A stretch of 64,000 bases of DNA, taken from the NCBI GenBank assembly GCA_951406725.2, contig OX597835.1, positions 40,920,001 through 40,984,000 on the forward strand. The letters run 5' to 3'. A model generated the notes under the pieces. The model had not been told where the DNA came from. It ran no database searches and saw only the letters and a program-made list of their open reading frames with translations. The stretch comes from Octopus vulgaris. Taxonomy: Eukaryota. The position numbers and the translations under genes are program-made. The first letter of the stretch is position 1, and each line of letters begins with the position of its first letter. Positions 12,518 to 24,252 of this stretch are shown in pieces.

Positions 12518-13212
12518 TTGTCCCCCAACATCGCTTGACAACCGATGCTTGTGTGCTTACGTCCCCGTAACTTAGCGGTTCGGCCAAAGGGCCTAATAGA
12601 ATAAGTACTAGGCTTGCAAAGAATAAGTCCTGGGGTCGATTTCTTCAACTAAAGGCGGTGCTCCAGCATGGCCGCAGTCAAATGACTGAAACAAGTAAAA
12701 GAGTAAGAGTAAAGAGTAATATATACATATATCCGACGGGCTTCTTTCAGTTTCCGTCTACCAAATTCACTCAAAAGGCTTCGTTCGATTCGAGGCTATA
12801 ATAGATAGTATATAGGTGCCAGGCAGTGGGACTGAACCTGTAACCAGGTGTTTGGGAAGCAGGTTTCTTACCACACAGCCACGCCTGATAATATTGATAT
12901 CACTCAGGCTATCAAAGACTATTTCATGTTCCGCACAAATATTTTTTAATTACCTCTGCAGAATCGTCATTTATGCATTCGTAAAAATATCTCTTAATAT
13001 TTCATTAAAAACCATGCGTTACTAACAAAGTTATAAAGAGGCAAACATCGATGATAGAGTTGGGCACTAAACTGTAATTATACCGATAAATAACCAGTTA
13101 TTAATTATTAATAACAAACCTCTTCAAGTTTCGAGAGGACTTCATTAGCCGTCATAGGTTCGACATCTTCCTCATCACGACTGAGATCCAAAGAGAGTCC
13201 AAGATCGGTCAT
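944..13212 (-). CDS. GINS4: GINS complex subunit 4 (SLD5), 5' part; coding exons 13120-13212, 9411-9557, 4001-4054, 944-1038; gene continues beyond left edge
   Basis: Spliced translation MTDLGLSLDLSRDEEDVEPMTANEVLSKLEE|AWLNEKFSPVLLEAKTEIVECLLEQIGVMEENIRKAKKGDFKVNVHRME|LDRVRFVLNSYLRIRLEK|IQSHAAHYINKDSSEDEEHSLFSPAELAFAK matches recalled SLD5 motifs (AWxNEKFxP, ERIRYVLSSYLRxRLxK, LSPxELAFA). All introns are GT-AG with consistent phases. Confidence 0.93.
1572..1812 (+). mobile_element. SINE (second family); fragments also at ~10055-10130 and ~38460-38585
   Basis: tRNA-like head TGGCAGAAACGTTAGC...GGTTCAAATTCCGCC. Confidence 0.65.
1905..2215 (-). mobile_element. Degraded Tc1/mariner transposase fragment
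   Basis: MQQD...WPLRSPDL resembles the WPPRSPDL DDE-domain motif. Confidence 0.55.
2304..2660 (+). mobile_element. tRNA-derived SINE, dominant family
   Basis: A/B-box-like head, internal (TG)n, GACTGAAACAAGTAAAA tail. Confidence 0.8.
2773..2885 (-). ncRNA. Hammerhead ribozyme motif, probably inactive (GUG triplet)
   Basis: UAAUCAC-CUGAAGA-GAC...GUC-GAA-ACAAUUGU-G-GUGAUUA; 7-bp stem I, long stem II. Confidence 0.65.
4001..4054 (-). CDS. GINS4: GINS4 coding exon 3
   Basis: LDRVRFVLNSYLRIRLEK, AG acceptor and GTAAG donor. Confidence 0.92.
4388..4892 (+). mobile_element. Non-autonomous retro-element with ~55-bp internal tandem units and (GAT)n tail; copies at ~3028-3172, ~3340-3732, ~4975-5128, ~14881-15335, ~15615-15917, ~33090-33480, ~44633-44815, ~60354-60722
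   Basis: Shared GGAAGGGCATCCAGC...CATGCTAGCATGGAAAGCGGACG(TGA)n end; variable number of GTGCCGGTGGCACGTAAAAAGCACC units. Confidence 0.75.
5220..5325 (+). ncRNA. Hammerhead ribozyme motif in fold-back element (arms ~4903-4971 / ~5316-5385)
   Basis: AUCAU-CUGAGGA-aACACAA...UUGUGUg-GAA-ACAAUUGU-A-GUGAU; stem II closing pair mismatched. Confidence 0.6.
5556..5960 (+). mobile_element. Dominant SINE; other + copies at ~6690-7105, ~12299-12718, ~18722-19588 (interrupted), ~22992-23550 (interrupted), ~27351-27755, ~56031-56416
   Basis: A box TGGCTGTGTGG, B box GGTTCAG(T/A)CC, shared body. Confidence 0.85.
6068..6347. repeat. Inverted repeat, ~130-bp arms; single-arm relatives at ~26940-27075 and ~51760-51895
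   Basis: GTTGTGTCTGGGGAGAGTCATTTTC / GAAAATGACTCTCCCCAGACACAAC. Confidence 0.85.
8272..8575 (-). mobile_element. tRNA-derived SINE (third family); second copy ~44063-44366
   Basis: Head TGGCCCAGTGGTTAGGGCAG...GGTTTCGATTCCCAG; two near-identical copies. Confidence 0.75.
8973..9367 (-). mobile_element. Dominant SINE; other - copies at ~20490-20858, ~36058-36510, ~39170-39576, ~48007-48412, ~63433-63887
   Basis: Reverse complement of the same family; source of the recurrent [15 protein letters not shown] ORFs. Confidence 0.85.
9411..9557 (-). CDS. GINS4: GINS4 coding exon 2
   Basis: AWLNEKFSPVLLE...VHRME, 49 codons, AG acceptor and GTAAGT donor. Confidence 0.93.
10619..11026. mobile_element. 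Merlin-like MITE copy (reverse orientation)
   Basis: Same TIRs; perfect 8-bp TSD GATTTTGC (10611-10618 / 11027-11034). Confidence 0.85.
11367..11778. mobile_element. Merlin-like MITE copy; partial copies at ~1820-1902, ~10133-10350, 13502-13717, ~28728-28780, ~53119-53190
   Basis: Sequence identity to 512-918. Confidence 0.8.
12083..12298 (+). mobile_element. 3' end of a LINE (CR1/L2-like)
   Basis: ESFKLQLGRYLSTIRDEPHLPGY-type C-terminus and short tandem tail. Confidence 0.5.
13120..13212 (-). CDS. GINS4: GINS4 coding exon 1
   Basis: ATG at 13212, 31 codons, donor GTTTGT. Confidence 0.85.
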
Positions 13213-13263
13213 TGCTTTGGTGTTTCCTCATAAACCGAAGTGACAAACCCAGATTAATTGAAG

Positions 13264-13292
13264 TTTGGCGCGCTTTCTCATAGTCACGTGAC
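13264..13292. promoter_or_regulatory. Putative GINS4 promoter: E2F site TTTGGCGC (13264-13271) and palindromic E-box GTCACGTGAC (13283-13292)
   Basis: Consensus motifs 50-80 bp upstream of the ATG of a DNA-replication gene. Confidence 0.6.
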
Positions 13293-13717
13293 ACACAACC
13301 ATAAAACTTCGCACGTCAAATCCTTTTGCCTTTGTTTTTCTTTCTCTCATTTTTTCGGTCTCCTTCCTTCTTCCTTTCTTTCTCTCTTTGCTTTTTCTTT
13401 ATTTCTTTCGTTCTCTTTCCTTCTTTCTCTTTTTAGGTTTTTCTTTCCTTCTTTCATTTTTCCAATCTTTCTGTTTTTCATTCTCTCTCTTTTCTGCTTT
13501 CGGATCTTTTCGGTTTCAGCGGCAGTTTTTTCTAGCGGTGTCATATGAAATTGTCACCCATAATTATGACCCTAGTATCGATCTATTGCATTTCAATCTG
13601 TTTTAGGGTTAGGGGAAGGGTATCTTTTTTCTTCACAAATGTAAATAAACCCAATCTGTTTTTTAAACGAGGGACATATTCACACGGCACACAATGTGTT
13701 TACCTCAATAGACGTCA

Positions 13718-14063
13718 TCTCTCTATATAAACGGCAAAATGTCTGTGTGTGTGTCCTTTATACAAATCCACAATTTTTCACTTATAGGGCTCGCATTTTC
13801 TAGGGTCATTCAAAACCGTCCAAGGGTGGTCGTGCACATCTTTACATTTCCCCAGTCACCCAACAAAGCCATTAAAAAAGCAACAGAAGTGACTTTTTCG
13901 TGAATTTTCTATCTAAAACCCAATCAAAATGCTCAAAACGTGATACGCCAATTGAATGCCAGCTAACTGTATGTGATTGGTCGGAGATTTGGACAGTACT
14001 CGCGTGTATGTGCGCACACACGCAGTTGTATATGAATGCACTAGCACTATGACCCGGCGTTGA
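13718..14063 (+). mobile_element. Non-autonomous Helitron, 3'-truncated, inserted into a MITE
   Basis: A|TC 5' end at the MITE GACGTCA|TTG site; same family as 21864-22231. Confidence 0.7.
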
Positions 14064-14099
14064 ATGTTTTTTTTTAATATTTCGTATATTAGTTTTTCA

Positions 14100-14872
14100 A
14101 TCTACATGCATTCAGTATCCATACCTTATACTGAGTATGTCTTATGGAGTTTCTACCTACACCTTTTCTACAGATCGAGCAGGGCCCTCCACCTGAAGGG
14201 ATTTGTAACTTGTCTACCTTCCTACTAAGACTTTGGTTTTTGCGAGTTTGACTCTAAGGCCCTTCAATTCTAGACCTTGCTTCTACACCTGAAACCTCTC
14301 CTCTAGTCCTGACAGTGACTCAGCTATTAGAGCAAGGTCATCAGGATAGAGGAGCTTCCAGGGGCAGCCTGTTTTGAATTCCTCTGTTATTGCCTGGAGG
14401 ACTATGATGAATAAGAGGGGGCTGAGGACTGATCCTTCACTATACTCGTTGCCAACCCTCACCTTGCTGACTGCATCCCTGAATATGGCTTGTACAACTC
14501 TCACTAACCACTTTTCTAACCCTAGTTTCCGCATTGACCACTAGATAAGAAATCAGGGGACCCTGTCAAAGGCTTTCTCCATGTCAACGAAAGCCAAGTA
14601 CAGAGGTTTATCTTTGACTAGGTATTTCTCCTGCGCCTGTGTTAACAGAAATTTAGTATCAGTGGTGCTTTTCTTTGGCACAAAGGTAAACTGCATCATG
14701 TAAACTAACTCCCACCCTAATTAGTTGGGTTATGACCCTCTCAGTGACCTTCATCATCTGATGCAACAATTTGATACCTCTGTAATTATTTGTATCTAAT
14801 GCATCACCTCTACCTTTGTAGCAGTTGGCTATGGTGCTGCTACACCCATCATTGGGTATGACTCCTTCATGT
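14100..14872 (-). mobile_element. RTE-clade LINE reverse transcriptase remnant
   Basis: FVDMEKAFDRVP, GSVLSPLLF, LLYPDDL (YADD-like); frameshifted. Confidence 0.85.
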
Positions 14873-17229
14873 ATGTATATATCATCATCATCATCATCGT
14901 TTAGCGTCCGCTTTCCATGCTAGCATGGGTTGGACGGTTCAACTGGGGTCTGGGAAGCCAGAAGGCTGCACCAGGCCCAGTTTGATCTGGCAATGTTTCT
15001 ACGGCTGGATGCCCTTCCTAACGCCAACCACTCCATGAGTGTAGTGGGTGCTTTTTACATGCCACCGGCACAGGTGCCAGACGAGTCTGGCTAACGGCCA
15101 CGATCAGATGGTGCTTTTTATGTGCCACCGGCACGGGGGCCAGCCAAGGCTGGCAACGGCCACAAACGGATGGTGCTTTTTACGTGCCACCGGCACGAGG
15201 CCAGTCTGGGCGACGCTGGCAACGGCCACGTTCGGATGGTTCTCTTACGTGCCACCGGCACTGGTAACTCAGCTGCAATTTCCATTGATTGATTTCGATT
15301 CTGATTCTGATTCTCACTTACCTCAACAGGTCTTCACAAAAAGAGTTTTATGTCCCAAGAAGGGAAGGTATGCATAAGTGGGCTGGCTACATCCCATGTA
15401 GAAGGTCACGGGTTATGGTCTCACTTGTCCTGCCGGGTCTTCTCACGCACAGCATACTTCCAGAGGTCTCGGTCCTTAGTCATTTCCTCATTGAGACCTA
15501 AAGTTCGAAGGTCGTGCTTCACCACCCCGTCCCAGGTTATATATATACTAGCTTAAGGTGATCCGCTCTACGCGCGGGTAAGAGTGTGGTTGTTATTTTC
15601 TGTTGCATCTTTTCGGCACGTAAAAAGCACCATCCGAACGTGGTCGATGGCAGCGTCGCCTTGACTAGCTTCTGTGCCGGTGGCACGTAAAAAGCACCAA
15701 CCGATCATGGCCATTGCCAGTGCACCCCCCCCCCCCCCGTGGCACAAAAAAAGCACCCACTACAATCACGGAGTGGTTGGCATTAGGAAGGGCATCCAGC
15801 TGTAGAAACACTACCAGATCAGACTGGAGCCTGGTGCAGCCTCCTGGCTTCCCAGACCCTGGTCAAACTGTCCAACCTGTGCTAGCACGGAAAACGGACG
15901 TTAAATGATGATGATGATTCTCTCTCTTTGTTTCTCTCTCACTTTCCCACTCTCTTACTTTTCTTTTCTCTCGGAGTCTCCCTCGCTTTCTCTTACTCTC
16001 TATTTTTATCTATCTCTCTCTCTCCCATTTATAAACAACAAAAGATCTTGAGTAAGTTGAGAAATAAAATATTTTGAAAGATCAATCATAAATATCAGGC
16101 AGTGACAACGGAAAGGTCTGCTTCAAGGCAGAAAGAAAAACAGTAACATTTAAAGGGGACAGACGAACTTGCGAGCTGAATAAAAATAAAAAAATATTGG
16201 AAACCAAAGTTTGAAGGGATAGAATCTGAGGATAGTAGAGTCACCATGGCTGGCATTTCTTAACGACGGACAGCAATGTATTGACAGTTTAACGGCTGGC
16301 GTAAAATTTTGAACTTGATGTAAAAGAAAATTCCTAAACACCAAGTTTTGAAGTGATTCTTTCTCACGACAGTAGACTCACCATGGCAAGCATTCAAAAC
16401 TTCTTCATCATGGACGGCAACACATTGACGATTAAAAGGCTGGCGCAAATTTTTTAGCTTGATGTAACAGAGAATTCCTAAACACCCGCTCCTTTAAATT
16501 TTAATCCCCTTCCAGCCCCATTTAAACCCCTTTTCACATTTTGGTTAATATAACCCAATTTCATTTGGGTCTACTGGGGCCACATTTTATAAGATGAGGA
16601 ATTTTGTCCTAGAGGTCATGCCTTTCATTTGAGGAAAAAAATAGTTGTCATGCAAACTCGCCAGCACTTTTAACATAGGTGTGCATATTTTCAGCTCAAC
16701 TGACCACATAATGCACACATTATATATATATATATATATGTATATATGTGTGTGTGTGTGTGTGTGGGCACATTATATATACAAATGTATACAAATTATA
16801 TATATATATATGTATAAATTAAATTAGGGATAAAACCACTAATAGGCAAATCAAACAGTGAAAAACATAAACCAAAATATAAAAATAAAAATATAATATA
16901 CAAAATATATAAAATATAAAATTGAAAATTTTAAATTATTTAAATTTAAAATAAAAATTATTAATTTATATTTATAATTTTTATAAAAATATATATAACT
17001 ATCAAAAAATATTAAAAAGTTTAATATACATAAATACAGATATATACACTTTGTATATATACATTATATATACATATTTATATATGTAACACACGCACAC
17101 ACACACATATATAAATTAACCCAATAAATATCTGATTCATAATATTTGTTCTCATGATTGTGTGGTGGGAGTAGAGTGAATGAGGGAGGAAGACAAATAC
17201 ATAAAAGAATGCCTATTTACAAATGTACC

Positions 17230-17790
17230 TATGTATGTATACTTTGTGGGTATTGGGGTATCACTACCTTCTACGTTTGTTTCCTATTTAGTATGGGTAT
17301 GTTTCATTTTGACATATTCTTGTATTTGTCATAGTGACAAGTTCTTCAGGTACTTGGATAAGATGTGGGTGTCATTTAGGCCCAGTGTGCCTCCAGGTTG
17401 GTTTTTGCCATGTTGATAGAGTATGGAGGACTGTTTCTTGTTATCCTATTCCCTCCAGTGTTAATTTATCCTCTCTGCTATGCTCCTAGATGTTTCACCA
17501 ATGTATGTCATGATTCTGTCCTTACAAGCACCTTCTATGTATCTTATGTTGTAAACTACATTTCTAGTTTTACAGTTAATCCAAGGGTTAATCTTACATA
17601 CTACGTTATTCTCATTGATGCATGTGGGGTTCTCAAAGGAGTTTGTCCTACGAAACTGTCATCTAATGGAACTTCCTAGTTCCTCAATCGTTTTAATGTT
17701 GGGTTTGGTCTCCCTCAGAACCTTCTTAAATCTATGGGCTATTTCCCCATGGGGTGTGGCCTCTACAAACATCACTCCTTGACATTTGTC
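17230..17790 (-). mobile_element. Penelope-like element GIY-YIG endonuclease remnant
   Basis: KTRNVVYNI...YIGETSRSIAERIN*H on the minus strand. Confidence 0.7.
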
Positions 17791-18888
17791 AGCCTTGTAC
17801 CATGTGAACATTAAGATCAATGTGAAACCAGACAGCTGGTATTTTGATTAACATACAACACCAACTATCAACACATATTGATTGTAATGACAGAATAAAC
17901 AGATGTGCTTCAAGACAAAACAGCTGGGATTGGCAGCGCATCTGAGCACTGTATATAAAATCTCTTCTGTCTGTCTGTGTGTGGGTGTGTCTTCTAGGAT
18001 CTCGGGCATCCTCCATCCGATTGCACTCAAATTTGATATGTAGATATCGACGGTATCAGGGCGTGTATAAGTCTTGAAAAAATTACAAAAATCGATTCCA
18101 AGTGAGAATGCGATCGATAAAGCCGTTTTTGTCCTGCTTTTCTTCCGTCAACCTGTACATAACTGCACCTTCCATTTTTTGTTGTTTTTGTTCTGCTTAA
18201 AAGCACATTTCTTTCCTGCAAAGCTTACTATTTAAACCATGTTTGTGTTCTCCCAGTCAACAGCCTTATCATTACTGGTACTTTAAACTCTTCGGTTGCA
18301 TATTTGTGTGAATAAAATCGTTTTTCTTTGGAACAGAAAAAAGTCTATCTTTATTTCTTCTTTTGCTGGTGTCTCAAATTTAGGTTAAATCAGTGTTTCT
18401 CAAAGGGGAGGCCTATGGGATGGTCGGACAAGTAGTTTTGAGAAAATTTGGTTTAAATGTTTGACATCTCAGCACCGTCCATTGGATGGGGGGCGTTTTG
18501 CTCATTACTTATATAATTACATATGTGTGTGCGTGTGTTAGGATTTATTCTTAAATTCTTTAACCCACTATATAGCATTTAGCTGCTTTAAACCACTATT
18601 AACTCTCCATGCATCCTTCAAAAATGATAACCTAAACCCTACAAGCTCATAAAAATCCTGAATAAGTTCTACCCCACCATATAGTTAGAATATGACTTTT
18701 TTTTCTTAGCATTTGACCATATAGGTGTAGGAGTGGCTGTGTGGTAAGTAGCTTGCTCACCAACCACATGGTTCCAGGTTCAGTCCCACTGCGTGGCATC
18801 TTGGGCAAGTGTCTTCTACTATAGCCCCAGGCCGACCAATGCCTTGTAAGTGGATTTGGTAGACGGAAACTGAAAGAAGCCTGTCGCA

Positions 18889-18929
<41 letters not shown>

Positions 18930-19014
18930 TTAGAGACAAAACCACTATTTTGCAAAACAAACAAGGAAAGACTTAATCAATACATAAGATTTTAATAAAA
19001 AGTAAAAAAAACCG

Positions 19015-19057
19015 CCACTACAATTGTTTCTTGTCCTGATCGACAATCTTCAGGTGG
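19015..19057 (-). ncRNA. Hammerhead ribozyme motif (left arm of palindrome)
   Basis: CCAC-CUGAAGA-UUGUC gaucag GACAA-GAA-ACAAUUGU-A-GUGG. Confidence 0.75.
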
Positions 19058-19112
19058 ACTTCCAATTTTCAAGTCAGTTTCATAATTTGAAACTGACTTG
19101 AAAATTGGAAGT

Positions 19113-19155
19113 CCACCTGAAGATTGTTGATCAGGACAAGAAACAATTGTAGTGG
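19113..19155 (+). ncRNA. Hammerhead ribozyme motif (right arm of palindrome)
   Basis: CCAC-CUGAAGA-UUGUU gaucag GACAA-GAA-ACAAUUGU-A-GUGG. Confidence 0.75.
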
Positions 19156-19332
19156 CGGTTTTTTTGACTTTTTATTAAAATCTTATGTATTGATTAAGTC
19201 TTTCCTTGTTTGTTTTGCAAAATAGTGGTTTTGTCTCTAATTAATATTATATAATATTTTACTATAAAATTGGATTTAATCCTAAATCTGATTTTTTTCC
19301 CTGTAAATTTGGATTTATTCCCTAATATTTAT

Positions 19333-19380
<48 letters not shown>

Positions 19381-21121
19381 ATATGTTTGTGTGTCTGTGT
19401 TTGTCCTCCTAGCATTGCTTGACAACCGATGGTGGTGTGTTTACGTCCCCGTCACTTAGCGGTTCGGCAAAAGAGACCGATAGAATAAGTACTGGGCTTA
19501 CAAAGAATAAGTCCCGGGGTCGATTTGCTCAACTAAAGGCGGTGCTCCAGCATGGCCGCAGTCAAATGACTGAAACAAGTAAAAGAGTATATGCTTGGAA
19601 TTTCTAATTAACTATGGAATAGCACAGAAACATATGTAGATTTTGCAGCAAGCAAAAATGCTAGTTCTAAAATCTCTTTAAAGAGATCAATGCAGTAGTT
19701 GTACTGACAATAGTTGTACTGACAAGCATGAAGTGGATTCGATCCACCACAGCCAAATTTAAATTGACACAGCAACAGAACTTTTCCCACGGTGGAACAA
19801 TGGTTCTTCTCTGACAGCAGTTTTACATTTTCCAGATGCCTTTAGCTAGGCCGAAATAATGTCTTCACCATTTGACTCTTTCTAATCTCTTCTACTTCAC
19901 CAAAAGCTAGAATAGAGATAACAAGACCACCAACTAAATCTATTGTTCTCAATGATATGTCTATCCTTCTGGATAATTATAAAAGCAAGCACACCCCAAA
20001 CAAAAAGCAGTTAGTCACAGTCGGTGACGACTCAATGAGTCCAATCACATGGTGATGACTCAATGAAGTCTGGCTGACCAGCTAGAACCTTGGTCAGAGG
20101 AGGAAATGAAGTTTACTGTCAGCAACTGTGAGACAACACCCCACAATTCTCTCTAGCTCTAATTCTCTTCTCTTACAACATCATTCTGTCTCTCTCTGTA
20201 TTTACTACTAAACAGTGAAGAGGACACAAACACAAACTTTACTTCGCATGCTTTTGGATGTATCAAAACCTGCCTGTTGAGGCAAGGTATTTGTAATATA
20301 ACGGTAAATAAATACTTTCTTAAAACTTCATGCATTGTCCATCTTTCACATCTTACAACTTGCCTTCATAACAACAAAATCTTAACTGTTACATATTCAT
20401 AGCCACTTTAACATGGCTGTCCGTTCAAGCAGTTGAGTTCACTCAAATGGACAGCCATGTTAAAGTTGCTATGAATATTACTTATATTACTCTTTTACTC
20501 TCTTTTACTTGTTTCAGTCATTTGACTGCGGCCATGCTGGAGCACCGCCTTTAGTCGAGGAAATCGACCCTGGAACTTATTCTTTTTAAGCCCAGTACTT
20601 ATTCTATCAGTCTCTTTTGCCGAACCGCTAGGTGACGGGGACGTAAACACACCAGCATCGGTTGTCAGGCGATGTTGGGGGGACAAACACAGACACACAA
20701 ATACACACATACATATATATATATATACATATATATACGACAGGCTTCTTTCAGTTTCCGTCTACCAAATCCACTCACAAGGCATTGGTCGGCCCGGGGC
20801 TATAGCAGAAGACACTTGCCCAAGATGCCACGCAGTGGGACTGAACCCGGAACCATGTAGGTTTTTTAAAAATTCTTTTTAAGCTTTTTTTATTTGTATT
20901 GTAATGGTTTGAAAAGAAATTTCTCAACACTTTTTAACATAGAAATAAATCTTTCATACATCCATTTCTCTCCATTTTCTTTCCTTCAATATCAATAATA
21001 TATATAATTACAATAATCCCTAACATACACAAGTGACTTTAGCATTATATGATAGAGATTAACCGGTAGAATTTCTTGGATTACATAATCCCTAATGAGA
21101 TTATAACTCCCTTGAATTGAC

Positions 21122-21156
<35 letters not shown>

Positions 21157-21157
21157 T

Positions 21158-21737
21158 CACAGACATGCAGGAAGTAAATAGACACCTTTAATTTTTTAAA
21201 ATTTCTGATCTAAGTGTCTTAATATACTTTCAGTGGTGTAGAATTTACAATGTAATTATTCTTTTTCATTCCAGGTGCCATTATATTAAACATTTGTGAA
21301 GAGTAACCATACCACGCACAAAAAATTCAGCACAACTATTAGATTTTCAGAGAGGTCGTATTTTGGGGCTGTCTGAGGCTGGTCTTAGCTAGCAAAAAAT
21401 TGCCAAAGATCTTCAAATTCCTCTTGCTACTGTTAATAGAATTATAGTGAAATTCAAAAGCCAAGGAAAAAAATCAACAGATTCTTGTCCCAGGCGAACC
21501 TGAGCCCTCGAAAAAGAAGCTTCGCTGTTTGAAAAGAATTGTGGAAAACGAATTCCGTTTGAAGGCTTCTGACAGTGCAGTACAGCTAGAAGTTAGTCCA
21601 AGAACGTGTGTTACATATCTGCATAAGCTTGGGTATTATGGACGAATAGCTAGAAGAAAACCTCTCCTTCAACCAATTAATATCAAATACAAGATTTTGA
21701 AACTTAAAGGTGTCTATTTACTTCCTGAAAGTCTTTG
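21158..21737 (+). mobile_element. Internally deleted Tc1-like element
   Basis: TIR core CAGGAAGTAAATAGACACCTTTAA at both ends; LHKLGYYGRIARRKPLL transposase fragment. Confidence 0.8.
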
Positions 21738-21863
21738 TATATATACACACACAATCAAAAAGGCATATGCATCAGCGGTTGTAAATAAGTGATTGGAACC
21801 TTTCCAATCAATTATTTTCTTAGCAATCAATTAATTTTAATTTGGACACAGGCCAATCAGTTA

Positions 21864-22231
21864 TCTCTATATATATAAACCGCAAAATGTCTGTGTGTGT
21901 GTGTATCCTTTATACAAATCCACAATTTTTCAGTTAGAGGGCTCGCACTTTCTATGATCATTTAAAACCATTCAAGGGTGGTCGTGCACATCTTTACATT
22001 TCCCCAGTTGCCCCGCAAAGCCATTAAAAAAGCAACAGAAGCGACTTTTTTGTGAATTTTCTATCCAAAACCCAATCAAAATGCCCGAAACTTGATACAC
22101 CAATTGAATGCCAGCTAGCTGTATGTGATTGATCAGAGATTTGGACAGTACTCACGGGTATGTGCGCAAGCATGCAGCTGTATATTCATACACTAGCACT
22201 ATGACCCAGGGTTGCCGGGTCATGGTGCTAG
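21864..22231 (+). mobile_element. Non-autonomous Helitron
   Basis: 5' A|TC, 3' hairpin GCACTATGACCC...GGGTCATGGTGC, CTAG|T end, no TSD. Confidence 0.8.
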
Positions 22232-24252
22232 TTGCAATTAATTGTCACTTATTTATCCGAACGTAAAAGCATCATATATGTTGGAGTGTTAGCTTCGATT
22301 TAGATAAGAGCCAAAATGAAAGGAAAAGAAAAGGCATGTCTTATAGTTTCAAAAAACTTTATTCTCAGAAAATGTTCAAAATTCAATTTTATTGATTTAG
22401 AATAGGGAACAAACGACATGTATACTCTACATTGTACAGTAGTTGAAAAAAAAAATATGTTGAAGGTCTTTAATTGAAAGAATTTCTCAAACAAGAAGCA
22501 CAATGAAAATGTTCTAATATAGCAAAAGATCATGAACTATTGCAGGTTTCTGAAACTAGGTCTTCATCTTAGAAAGCATGATTGACTTTTAGAAATAATT
22601 GCCTTTCTAAATTCATTGGTGTTAAGTATTGCTGAAAATCATTAAAGGCGCAACCTGCTTAGCTGAAGAAATGATCCAAGATGTTGGACGTTGGTAACAA
22701 AAATTATCAGATCAGATGTTGCTGGGGTGAAAGTTTATCTTTTTTGTGTTTTTTCAAACGAACTGAAGCAAAATCATTATCTTCTACAGACATAACACCT
22801 ACTCTATAAATTCCACAGAATCAGAAGCAGTGAATGATGTTTCACTTACCATTGGTGAAAATGCCAGCAAAACACTACAATAGTCATTTTGATAATTGCA
22901 TGAATAAGATTCAAGAAGTCCTATGAAATGTGTCAAACCCCTAGTCCAATTGTCGATAACCAACGCAAATTTACTTAGAAGTTCATCAAATAGGCGTAGG
23001 AGTGGCCGTGTGATAAGTGGCTTGCTTACCAACCACATGGTTCCAGGTTCAGTCCCACTATGTGGCACCTTGGGCAAGTGTTTTCTGCTATAGCCTCGGG
23101 CCAACCAAAGACTTGTGAGTGGATTTGGTAGACAGAAACTGAAAGAAGCCCGTCGTATATATATATAGGGAGAGTTTACGAAAAAACAAAAGACGAAGAC
23201 AGGTGGTGTACAAAACAAACAAATGTATTAGTATAACGCTCAGAAATAGAAAAAGTCTTTTATGTTTCGAGCCTATGCTCTTCTACAGAAAGGGACACAG
23301 AAAAAAACAAGGAGAAACATATGTGTGTGTATCTGTGTTTGTCCCACCCCACCCCACCCCACCCCACCCCAACATCGCTTGACAACTGATGCTGGTATGT
23401 TTACATCCCCGTTACTTAGCGGTTAAGCAAAAAGAGACCGATAGAATAAGTAATAGGCTTACAAAGAATAAGCCCTGGGGGTCGATTTGCTCAACTAAAG
23501 GTAGTGCTCCAGCATGGCCACTGTCAAATGACTGAAACGAGTAAAAGAGTAAATATTTTCTTTTCCACCTCCTGAGTAAGTTTCACCATGTAGTTCTTTA
23601 GGGTCGCATTTGTCACACTTCCCAAGTTTGTCTACTTACAAATCAGCGGGTCTTCAGTAAAGGAAAAGGGGTTTTAAACCAACACACACCCACTCAATCC
23701 AACCATAAACATTTGAGGTCGAGCAACTGACCAAACAACTTCTTGGGCAAAGAAAACTCAATAAAGATGGTTGTCCAGTTGCTTGCGTAGTAGAATACTC
23801 TGGGTGATGGCTTTTTATATGATTCATAAGATTTGTCCATCCAGTTCCTTTTTTCTGCGTCAACTTTTTTCCACACTTGCATTTCCATACATGTTCACGG
23901 TCTGTTTGGTTGAAATATTTTCTTATGATTTGCTCGTTTTCACACGGCATGGATTAGTTTAAAATAGAAAATATTTCGCCACTCCACAGATGAAAGTCCG
24001 ACTGAGATAATAAATTAGAGCGGAATTCAAGATATTGGGTTGTCTGGAAAGTTCGTGCCGATTTATAGTAGCTCACCTTTCGACTTATTTTTGAGGCAAT
24101 GTTGTGATCTTGGTCACTTATGCATCATGGAAACTGGGTAACCAGTCTTATGAGTCTGGCCAGAAACATGTTGAACTACGTAAAGCATTAGAGGAAAAAA
24201 ACCTTGCAATAAATACATTGAAAGCAAACATTTTTCCTGAGCTCTTAAAATA

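Larger units (their letters stand above)
18919..19252. repeat. Near-perfect palindrome, ~165-bp arms, 5-nt loop; relative at ~30691-30880
   Basis: Arm symmetry around 19083-19087. Confidence 0.9.

Noticed and set aside
20127-20357. Possible solo LTR (TG...AATAAA...CA)
   Set aside because: No clear TSD or second copy
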